Part shown: positions 53,500 to 64,000 of the stretch, in pieces
Layout of the letters: each line of letters opens with the position of its first letter
Numbering within the stretch: position 1 is the first letter of the stretch
Source: Tubiluchus corallicola
Taxonomy: Eukaryota > Animalia > Priapulida
NCBI GenBank assembly: GCA_030141605.1
Contig: JAQGDQ010000097.1
Span: 496,001 to 560,000 of the forward strand
DNA length: 64,000 nucleotides
Direction of reading: 5' to 3'
Program-made: the position numbers and the translations under genes
Notes under the pieces: generated by a model
Databases searched by the model: none
Seen by the model: the letters and a program-made list of their open reading frames with translations, nothing else
Told to the model about the DNA's origin: nothing

Positions 53500-54046
53500 G
53501 CCATTGTGAGCACCTGTTCCAATGAGCTCCTGGCTGATAAAAACCTGTCCAAATGAGCTCTCACCCGGTCAACTTTGGCCAATTAGCTCAAGACGAGGTG
53601 AGCTTTAGAGCTAGTGAGCTCCTGTCTGGTGAGCTACAATTCTCATGAGCATCATAGTTCGTGTTGTCTAGTTATTCTCTCAGAGACCCACATACCCATG
53701 GATACTATACAAAACAAACGCAGTAAATCACGTATAAACTGTTTGTGGTGTCTGTCCAACGATAAAATAATGTTGTGAAATTAGCAAAATTGTTTTTATT
53801 CTTACTTATAAAAGGCCTACGCCTCTATAAGACAGTAGCATAGCCTGCAGGCCATTAAAGACAAAATATCGCTTTCTATTTGTGGTGATTCTATTACAAT
53901 GTAATTCACTTCTTTGTCATGACTACGGCGTTCACTTGGTGCAATATGTGGTCTTGGGGGGTACGGGACACGTGACATTTGGGCACGGGACACGAGGGCA
54001 CAAAGCATTTGGCACTGGATTTTGGGCACGAAACACTTGGGCACCA
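53500..54046. repeat. Short-period repeats (gagctc-rich 53500-53650; ttgggcac-rich 53960-54046), probable DNA-transposon subterminal arrays
   Basis: Recurring tgagctc and gggcac motifs at ~15-bp spacing. Confidence 0.5.
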
Positions 54047-55464
54047 ATAATTTAATGATAACCTAATTTCTGTTTTTAGTTTTGTTAATTAAATTTTTAG
54101 TGACTTACTATAATTTCCTAATCGCCACAAATTTTTTAAAAAGCATTGCTGCACTACATTATGTTTAATATGCAAAATAAACCAGCTCAGTGTGAATGTA
54201 GTGGCAAGAAAGCCATTCCAGTGTCTGAATGCTGTGGACTGTGAATTTGAAATGAGTGGGCTCGCTTTTAATTTCTCGAGGTTAAAAATTTCGAAAAACT
54301 TTTCCGTAATTTTCTACTTTAATTCTAGATCGACTTTAGTGTCGCAAGATTTGCAATAATTAACTTGATTAATTAAATGAGGTAGCCACAGCCCGCATAT
54401 TTATAAGTTATCCAACATCTGTCAGTCTTACTAACTAAGCAGCTGAAAACCTGGTATTTATCTATTTATTAAGAACATTTTTAAAATACAGTATTTTATA
54501 AAGTTGAGACTGGCAAGTTATACAAGTTCTTACGCTAGCCAACAATACATGAGTTCACATTAGATAAAAGTTGCATTATGTATATACAATAAACATTCGA
54601 AAAAATAAAAAAATCAATAAAAGATATATAAGGTGTAAATTTATCAAAATTCGGAGAAGTCATTGAGCTAAGGTAAAAATGTTTTGTAAAAATCTATTAA
54701 ATTTGCAATATTTTCAGCTAGCTTCTCGCTAAAAACTTACAGATTGGATGAATTGACAATGTCATAACACGCAATGCATATAATGATTGATTTAAAATGC
54801 ATAGTTAGCACTGTGAATAATATCAATTATCAATGAAGCCATGGACGAGTTTAACCAAAGAAAACAATCCAAATCAGGGTATTGCTTGACACCACCCGCA
54901 GAGCGGTTGAGCCTTTAATTACCAGACAGAGGATTAGGATGGTTGAATTCAGCCTAATCCAGTTTTCTGATCATTTCAAGTTTAATTGCTGCGTATTAGC
55001 TGCAGCATGGTCCTGTATCGGTTACATCGGACTCTACTCTGGTGGTATTTGGCAGTCTAAAACAACAACAACACAGCAATTCAACCATCTCGCGATATGT
55101 GCAACGCACATGGTTGCGGGCAGAATAGCCAATTTGTACCCTTGATCTGAGAATTACTCGCGGAATGTTAGTCCGAATATTTAGAACCATTGCCAATCAG
55201 GTTAAGATAAGTAGAAAGACATATGGTTAAGCTGGGTATGCAGGCGCTGTGTATGTGTACTACATACCTTAGTAAACCATAACAGACACGAGACTTACGT
55301 AAGAATATATTGCAAATTTAAGTTTGTGTACACTTAATTAAACACAGTCGAGATTTGGGCAAAAATTTATATAAAAAAGAACACGTAGAGTTTCTGATGA
55401 CAGTACAACCCACCGTTAATAGAATTTTGTAACGAACTCTGAAAAACAGAAACTGCGAAAAATC

Positions 55465-55537
55465 AAAAGAAAGTCTGGATTTGAACAAGGACTTTCTGCT
55501 TACAAGACAGATGCCTTAACCACTTAGACTATCGTGT
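55465..55537 (-). mobile_element. tRNA-Thr(TGT)-derived SINE head or tRNA pseudogene
   Basis: Minus strand GATAGTCTAAGTGGTTAAGGCA-TCTGT-CTTGTAA-GCAGA-AAGTCCTTGTTCAAATCCAG: A box, intact anticodon stem with TGT, B-box-like; acceptor stem does not pair. Confidence 0.65.
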
Positions 55538-57149
55538 TTTTCACATAAATTATTTCAAATTGGTAATACTAAGTCTTCTGTTACTAAGTATTCCAACGTA
55601 TTGGTACTAATGCATTTTATTAGTAGCAGCTAGTTTTTTGTTGCAATGTAGATTTAAATATAAGTAGTAAGGTAAATGTTCAAAAATTACCAGAAAAATT
55701 TTGTTTAATCAATATTTTAACTTTATTCGTTATTTTAGCTATTGCTGTTACTTCCCACATAAAATAAAACAAACGGCTATGTGGGACGTTCGTGCATCAT
55801 GTACCTTATTTAATCGAATTACACTGCTATATATTGTTTAGGAAGTCTTTTTGAAGTTCAGAAATGTTTGAGCGTTTCATTCTTAAGTTGAGATACTTTG
55901 TATTTTTTTCATAAAATTAATGATTATAATTCTTCAAAACGGTAGTGATATGAAATTTGTTCGATAACACCCCCTGCAATAAATTGTATTATGTCTATTT
56001 ACAAGAGAGTTTAACTTTTGTTCATTTCCCAAAAGTATTTTCCCATTTCCCCATTGCAATAGACACGAGCATAATAACAGCGTTAATTAAAGTTTATTGT
56101 AATTTTATCATAATTGTAATAGTTTTCACACTTGATGCAAGGATGAAACAACGTTTTAGCTGCACGTGATTTTTTGAAAAAATAAATATATGTTTTTCGT
56201 TCCACAATAGATATTTCATTTTTGAAAAAAATTGTGGAAAATTGTGTTACTTAAGGAAATTTCGTGTGCAATGTGCCTAGAATGAAACGATTTTGAAGAG
56301 ATATAACAAGAGCCTCTGAAAGCAGTAAACCAGAAAGCCGAATATAATTATCTCGTACCTTGTGTCAATTCTGTGCAATTCTATTAGATTTTTTATGTTG
56401 TTTTATTTTTTTAATCCGTCGACAAATAGCTGTCGGCTAGAATTGCTTTTTATGAACAAAATCGACAATAAATAAAATTTTTACTTTTACTACTACCATA
56501 CTGTAGAAGACCTCAAAAACAAAACCTGAAATGTAGAGAATGATCTACAACTATTAGTACAAAATAAATCGTCAATACTACATTTTAGACCTACCACTGA
56601 ATGAGTTTTAACTACTGAAGGCATCTTAGAACATGAACACAAGAATAAGAAAACAATTATTGTACAGTAATAAGAAAAGGTGATAATAACGAATTTCCAC
56701 CTTTTCTTTAGTAGTTTGCATAATTGTTTCTCTTGTTCTATGACTGAAGATTCCTTTAATGGCGAAAATACATTCAATGGGAAGTATAATGTTGAAAATT
56801 TGTATACTAGTAACTAATGGATACTGCCGTTACATTATTAATTATACTAATTCCGAAGCCCGTGATTCGCAGGTATACTTTACCCTCTGGTCATAAAAAA
56901 ACAGGTGAACTTTAATTTAGTACAACAATTCAAAAATACAAGTCATGTGTTAGCTATCAGGCTAGCACTTAAACAGATGTTCATAACTTATAATTACTAA
57001 TCTTAGTCGATAAATTATTTGTATTTTCGAATCACAAAGCCAAATCAATGCATACATTGATTGCATTATTTTTATTATTTTCATATCTTCACTAAAACGG
57101 TATTGCTTCCTGTGGCTGTTGTTCTTCCTCTGGTATTAAGCTTTCGAAA

Positions 57150-57330
57150 TTGTAGAACGTGTTTTGATTTGAGTGCCTTTGTAAATCAGCCCTCTCGATA
57201 ATTTTTCACCTACCAGCAACTGTGGCTCTCCTGGTATTCCAGCAAGCAGGTACAAACCCGCCGCCTGTATTAATAAAGTCTTTAGTAGAAGACAGCCGTC
57301 TTAGCAGTTTTCATCAACTCTGGGATGTAA
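57150..57330 (-). mobile_element. Degenerate LINE (I/Nimb-like) RT C-terminal remnant
   Basis: Minus frame GCLL.KT...GLYLLAGIP resembles the GCL..T....LY.LAGI.P motif after RT in I-group LINEs. Confidence 0.4.
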
Positions 57331-58606
57331 GTTTGTAGCGGCAATTAGAGCCGGATAGGCTTACAGCCTCTAATGGAACATTAGCGGGCAGAAAATGGTT
57401 GTGAATGGACAGACCCGGGACATCTGGAGGAGTGATGGATGGGAGAAGGCTGACGGGAGAGGGATGCAGCCAGGAATTGATATAAACAATCTTTCGACAC
57501 ATGCTAGCGCGAGTAGTAATCAGAAAATAGCTAAGCGCTGAGATATTTTCGTAACATGTAATAACTTTGGGTGTAATAGCTGCGCAAGCTTTGATTTTGA
57601 ACTCGTAATTGAGCTGCGGCGGACAGTGCGCCGAAAACATTATTTTTGGACGCTGCTCTGTCTTTTCTCTAGTTGCTAACTCCATAGGTGACAGCAGTAT
57701 AAGTTTTAGACACTTTGTGAGCTGCTCTACAACGTACGAAAAACTAGCCTCAATAAGCGGCTCGAGGTTCTAAATAGAGAAAAGTTGATATTCACAATAA
57801 GGGCTGGATTTTTATTTTGTAGGCCCATGGGCTACATGTATTGTGAGGCTCAGGCCCCAAGTGACAATTAACAAAAGTATGATTGTTGGATTCTTCAAAT
57901 CAATATATTCAACATATACTCAATATAAACAACCAAAATTAGGCCCACATAGATTGATGCAAGTCTAACACAACAAAAAGATATCTTGATCTCTGTCAGA
58001 GGAGATTTGGCCTCAGTTCCTACAAAATTGTGTCATTGTAATCAGGATTACCAGTGCACAAAGGAGTTAAGAATAATGGAGAATAAAACAATTCCTGTGT
58101 GTTATTATACAGCATATTAATTAACTTAGCCCTTTTTAAAGAGGTAATTCAGCATACTTCTACTCTCATTCTGTTGTAAATTAACTTCACTAATCTCTGG
58201 AAGCCACTCAGCTAGCGAAGGCTTCTGAGTTGCTGCCCATAAAGCCCGTGCCTTAATCAGATACTAAATTGCAATCAATATGCATTGTTATTTTTTAAGT
58301 AGCCGCTGCGTTGTTGAAATTTAACGCATGCGCGCATCATTTATATTTCGGCTGCTCATTTGAAATTTTATGACTAGTTTTTTTCGGACAGTATCGTCGA
58401 AATCCTCGTGCGTTGTGGATGGAGCTTCATTAAACAACGTGCAAAAAAATTACACCTCACGTTACAGATAGGTGTAGGCCTGTCCTTCCTGGCCGTACGT
58501 ATGCCTGTTTGATATTGCTGTCTTTCCTAAAATAGATAATAAAGATAAAGTCCTTTATTCTAGTTTTCTCCATAGAAAATTGTAAAATGATAAAATGATA
58601 AAAAGC

Positions 58607-58670
58607 TAATTATTATTATTATTATTATTATTATTGTTGTTGTTATTGTTGTTATTATCATTATTATTAC

Positions 58671-58742
<72 letters not shown>

Positions 58743-58755
58743 TACTATATTATTA
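58607..58755. repeat. (ATT)n microsatellite
   Basis: Direct observation; explains the poly-Ile ORF. Confidence 0.97.
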
Positions 58756-58799
58756 GTACATTTGTACATATACATTCAATTAGTAACGCTTGGACACGA

Positions 58800-58902
58800 T
58801 ATGTTTCTAATTGTAGAATTCCGCGGCGGCGGCTCTGCCGAACCCCTGAGATCGACTCACCGAACCCCTAGAGTTCGATCGAACCCAGGTTAAGAACCAC
58901 TG
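58800..58902. mobile_element. hAT (Charlie-like) transposon terminus
   Basis: Ends ...gttcgatcgaacccaggttaagaaccactg (reverse complement CAGTGGTTCTTAACC, Charlie-type TIR) with three internal cgaaccc repeats. Confidence 0.7.
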
Positions 58903-59599
58903 TTGTAGATTATTAGTTACGCAACTTTCAGAAAGCATTGATTTTACAACATTCACGTCTTTGTTGCATAATTTACATTGTTGACAAAAAAGTGCTTTAT
59001 CTTAGTTATAATATGTGCATTGTTTACATTTCTATACCATTATAAATCTATTTTATTTTTACTCCAGTTACACAAGACGGAAAAAATGATGCTTAATTTA
59101 TGACTAAAAAGAATATGACGCTAAATTCATAAATTTGTTTAGTAATACTGGGTCTTAGCTAAAAATAATTAACCTGCAAAAATGAGTTTCTAGTTTATTT
59201 GTCCTCAGCAGCTACCTGTTATAAAGTTTTAATTATCTGTATAAATAAAATCTTTAAAATCTTCATAAATTTTAAAAAATATAAAGAGATTACTAAAATT
59301 ATAAAAGAATTATATAATAGCTACATACTATTCACAGGACCTGATATTCAGCCTACAGTATTAAAATAAATAAAATACATTAGACGCAAGCTTGTGATCA
59401 GCCCTTTTCATCATTTTTTGCCACATTACACAAAGTTGAAAAGCACCAAATTCTCTAGTTATTATACTGTATCAACACTTTCTTTCAAGTATCTTGATGT
59501 GAATTAAACCCAATCAAGGAGAGATTCTGCTAGCCGTGTAAGGATAATCAACATTGAAAAATTTCGACAACCCTTTATTGTCGGCGGCTGCGATATGTA

Positions 59600-60555
59600 C
59601 CAAATTATAATTATAGTAACGCCTCCAAGTAGCTAAACCATAAATATTAGCTACAAATACCTTAAAAAGTGGCATTTGTAAGTTCACACGTGCACACGAT
59701 TTTACTATCTGGGTTATTATATCATGTTATCACATATCCTAGAAATTTATCTTTACATTAGGAGCAATAATCTTTACTTTTATTTTTGCCACATCAACAA
59801 TAATATCATGACATTTAGTATATTGAGGAAATAATCAGTAAGAGCTTGAAGAAGAAACGGCTAAAATGCAGAGATCATCAGCGTAAATTAAATGGTTAGC
59901 ACTCTTACTAATAGAAAATCTTATTTCAGTCAGAGATATTCCTTTACTGAGACTAAAAATTAAACATTTTGCTTGAGAGAACTCTTCCTTCTAGAACTCT
60001 TTTTCACAGAAAAATGACTGGGTATACGTCAATTCCATTTGAAAACCAGTTGTTTTCTAAACTAAACATACAGAAGTCTAACAGTGATAGTAAGCATATA
60101 AACGATATTCAATATTTTTAAAAATAACTTGCGGTAACTTGTCCGGTCAAGTGCTTACTAGCATCAACAAAACGGATGTACACTGGTACATATTTTCGAT
60201 AGTAAAAATCAATTACTCCCTTTAAAGTATAAACGCATAACTCGATGCTAAGGCTTTCTTTATGTCCAAATTGACAACCAATAGTTATTAAGCAGTGTTC
60301 ATCCCTGTCAAGTATACACATTTCAAGAATTTGACTAGTGGTAGCTGAGACCGCTATTGCCTATTGGCCTATAATTATTACGTTTAGTGAGGCGTTACGT
60401 TCATTTTTGACATTTACAACAGGTAACAATGCAGAAACCATAAAGGTGTCAGGCAAAAACTATTACACATAAAAGCATTAAAGCATAAGGCTAAAAGCAC
60501 AGTTGCTTTATCAGAAGTATATTTATGATGCGCAGCAAAAAACTACCAAGCCCCC
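59600..60555 (-). mobile_element. Degenerate non-LTR retrotransposon (LINE) reverse transcriptase
   Basis: Collinear motifs in broken frames: NNYRPI, SQILE, QFGHK..SIELCVYTLK...FVDASK, NHLIYADDLCIL, KFLGYVI. Confidence 0.85.
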
Positions 60556-62614
60556 AAATTTTGTTAAAATTAATTTTACTAAAATGGGAGAAGCTGGAAA
60601 AGGGTAATGTGATTCTGTATGTATTACATCTGCATTTCTTTACATATATTCAGCTTTAATTTAGTGTTTAAATGTGTGACATAAGTCATGTGACATTTAC
60701 AATAATTTTGGATACAAAAATACTGTGAAAAGGCCTACAATGAACAGAATGCATATTTTACTGTTTCTGAACAAGAAAAGTTTCACACCATATTTGCCTA
60801 TTTATAAATGTAAAGGTCATGCGGGGGCTATAAAAAAAGGGTTTTTTAGATTGTCCCACGCCGTGAAAGTAAAAAAGTAATGAATATAAACTGAATATAT
60901 GAGGTGAATCACGTGATAAAGAAAAAGATTTAGTGCTACAGAGTGAAATGATACAATAAACGAAGCTCCTATATGGGATGACATAAAAAATAGAAGGATT
61001 AATATGTGTTAGAATATTAAAACTGTCGTAATATTAGACATGCGCGTATACAAGTTGACATACATGGATTGTTTTTGCCACTACAGTGAGGATGGACACT
61101 AATAGAATACGGATTGGTGGCATTTGTTGTGATAAGCATTCACAACACTTGACGTAAAACACAGTTGAAACATTAATTTAGAAAACTGTTTAAAAATGTT
61201 GGTTGTTCCCTGCGAATTCATTTTTTCAATTGCTTACTTCACTCATTTGCCGATGGCGGCGCTGAGGTGGTTGCACAGAAAAACATTTTCTGTGTTTATT
61301 AAAAATGGTGAAATCACGCAAATTTTTAACGAAAAACTGTGCCAAAAGCATTATAATTATTCAGAGGGGAAGCAATCGTTATTGAGAGATAGATCTTAAA
61401 GCGTCTCATGCTAGCAGGCAAAGTTGGAAGCACATTTCTCTCCATTGTCCTTGAAAGGAACGTTGCGGGAATCTAGTTAATAGGTACCTTATTGCTGAGG
61501 TACCAGCGATGCACAATAATTCAATCTTTTCTCTTTCTCCTCGGGTGGTCCTTGGCCCCTAACAGCTAATACGTTCTCAGATTAAGACATTTTCAACGAA
61601 AATGTAAATCACGGCAGAGCAGTTTACGGCTGCCCGAACGTGTAACGTTACGTTGTAAACGTCAGACAACGCACTTGTGAAAACTTCTCAAATGTTTGAT
61701 GCTGGCTTTATTGCGAACCAGCAATTATTTGTGGCCTAAAAGTGTTGCAAAGTCTCGCAGATTCAGCTGCCTTTGTCTCGTATACAGTGTAGGCAGAATG
61801 TGTAGGTAATATACGTTTATGTACATGTAAAAACAAGTGCGCAAATTTTTACCAAAAAAAAGAAAGGCTACAAAACCTTAAAGATGCCAGATACATTGGA
61901 TTTTAAAAAAATAAGGCCCTCTTGTAAATACCATTGCATGTCAACAAATAATGCTTGCCTTAGATAGTTTTTTACGTAGATTCTGATGCAGCAATACTTG
62001 TATAATCGCTTTAATTTGCCTGAAATGATTGATTGAAAATTCAAATTATATGTTAAAATTAATGCGTATACACTTATAGACGTCTTTTTTTGTTTCCCCG
62101 ATACTTTCGAACTATAAGAACACAGTCTAGCAGTAACAGTCTGCTTACTAAAACCCTAAAACCCTCCACATCATTGGTTCTTTTCTCCGCGTAATATATC
62201 TAAATGATTATTTAGAGAATAGTACGCTCTCAAATTATCAGTAACTTTATAGAGTTTTACAATGTCTAAATGTTGATTCTACAATTTATTCTTCAAGTTT
62301 TGCAAAATTAGTATCGCGAATACACATTCAAGCTATCGTTGCGTTAATGTCTCCTTTATGTACGCTGTGAAAGAAATCTGTAAAAATACATTAACTCACA
62401 AAAATTCTATATAATTTAAGATTTTGTTTTATTACGATACATTTCACCTGTGCAATTTTCGTTTGCACACCCAATTTTTATGATTCTGTATTATTTCGAT
62501 GGCATTTAATTATAAAGATTTGTAAGAAAATGATACACGTATATTATAACAAAAGTACAATTATTCAATTTTTGAAACAATACTTGAGTAAAATGAAGAA
62601 AATATAAAAAACTG

Positions 62615-62690
62615 ATCGTAGATTTGAATTATAGACCTTCAGATTACAAGGTCTATAGCCGCGCTGTACCCTAAGCGGTTGACCACACAG
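62615..62690 (-). mobile_element. Second degenerate tRNA-derived SINE-like head
   Basis: Minus strand ...agacCTTGTAAtctgaaggtctataaTTCAAATct; same cttgtaa loop and ttcaaat spacing as the 55.5 kb element. Confidence 0.35.
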
Positions 62691-64000
62691 TCCCTTGCGA
62701 TCATGACAAGCCTAAGTTCAATCCTAATACATCAGCCAAGCCAATATTAAATACTAATACATAGATTCAGTTCTTCTAAGCAATTAATTCGGGAGTGAGT
62801 AATTATTATTTTATAATATTAATTTCAGATTTCTAACAAATTTCAAGATTGTTTCTACTCTATCGATCTTTACTACTAATTTTCAGAAAATTTGGGATGT
62901 TCCGGAATGACTCGCTTAGCAACAAAATTTCTTTCACATAGAGGCATTGCAGTGTATCCAACAGTAACAACAACAACAGAAGAACAATAATAAGAACAAT
63001 AGAACTTGTGTTTACTGTTCATCTTGGACAGTGGACAATAGATTTATTCACCGCAATGGTTACTATATTATTCAAGACTGTACACAGATAGCTCTTACTT
63101 CTCTGTTTTGCAAAAATATATTCCTTAAAGACAATGATGTCTGATCAACAATACCAGTTAACGTATGTTTATAACTACTCCAAAATGCGAAGCATTTGTA
63201 ACTCGTTTATTGAGTTTTTGCCCAAGTACCTGGATCCTAAACGTCATTTATTGTAGTCACGGAATCAGCTTCTTCGTGCAAATATCACTTTGAACGCCGT
63301 TTATCGTTGCTATAGATCCGTTTTATTGTAAAAATTTAGAATGCGGAGTAATTCTATTTTGACATCATGATGTAAAAGCTGGCTAAAAATTTATTACACG
63401 AGCACTAGCGACGACAGCAAGACAGGATTCATGGTGAAAAAGATCTAGTTATAGAGTTATATCGCAAGTGAGTAACCCAAGTGCGTATGTGATAAAGGAC
63501 AGATTTAGTCTTATATAACCACAGTTCTTGTTTGTTAAAAGTGTTAAATATAAATAAGCAACAATATCAATTGTAGCAATAAAATGTTAATGTAAATTCC
63601 AAGGAATTTTCATGAAAATGGAACATGTGCCATTTCTCGCAAGGGGCAGTTCCTCTCGAAGAGAACGCCATGAAAAAATTTAAAGCTCAATGCTTAATGC
63701 GTGATTGAAAGCAATGTTGGCCGACTTCGGGAAGAATGCTACAGAAAATTTTCTGGAAGATGTTTTTACGTGCTCACTTGATGAAATTTATAAACTTATT
63801 GATATTAGAAAGTCTATTTTAACTGTTTCCATTTATCTGGGTGGTGCAAATACGGCGTGTATAACAGTATTAATGGGTTTAATTGTGTTTGTCACCATCC
63901 CCACACCTCCAACTCTAAGATATGCAATCACAATTCTTAAATCATTCTATTTCTAAATATTAGGTAAAAGACAACATAGTATTTTGTTTTTATCTGTCAG

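Noticed and set aside
55465-55537. Functional tRNA-Thr gene
   Set aside because: Acceptor stem does not pair and the T-stem is mismatched; treated as a SINE head or pseudogene
28751-58775. Low-complexity ORFs (poly-RE/CV at 28751-28933, poly-Ile at 58560-58775) and most other 60-120 aa ORFs
   Set aside because: Products of microsatellites or chance ORFs with non-ATG starts in AT-rich intronic/intergenic DNA
7884-62689. Enrichment of Gli sites around FoxF (perfect GACCACCCA at 7884; one-mismatch sites near 43795, 44936, 61542, 62681)
   Set aside because: A rough base-composition estimate gives about 3-4 one-mismatch hits by chance in 64 kb, similar to what is seen; the perfect site lies in MITE-like sequence 25 kb away

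Overview
AT-rich (roughly one-third GC), intron-containing animal genomic DNA, most likely from an invertebrate bilaterian; no prokaryotic features and no CRISPR array. Three intact spliced genes were reconstructed by hand on the + strand. (1) A 5'-truncated single-pass receptor with >=5 Ig + 3 FN3 + TM + a ~430-aa tyrosine-motif-rich tail (16 exons, 697-19401). (2) FoxF (exons 33215-34208 and 40157-40329; exon 2 carries the conserved CDRK tail and is missed by the ORF track). (3) A PI-PLC X-domain (PLCXD-like) gene (3 exons, 49266-51610) with a putative signal peptide, a hydrophobic C-terminus and a substituted active-site motif. Also present: a frameshifted intronless class A GPCR pseudogene (- strand), degenerate LINE RT fragments, tRNA-derived SINE heads, hAT/piggyBac-type MITE ends, and several mini- and microsatellites. 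Best leads: a possible cell-surface, GPI-anchored PI-PLC; an orphan Ig/FN3 receptor with NPxY/ITSM-like motifs and two possible C-termini; and a FoxF without its usual Fox-cluster neighbours and with a possible alternative last exon. No clearly novel biological system can be demonstrated from sequence alone.
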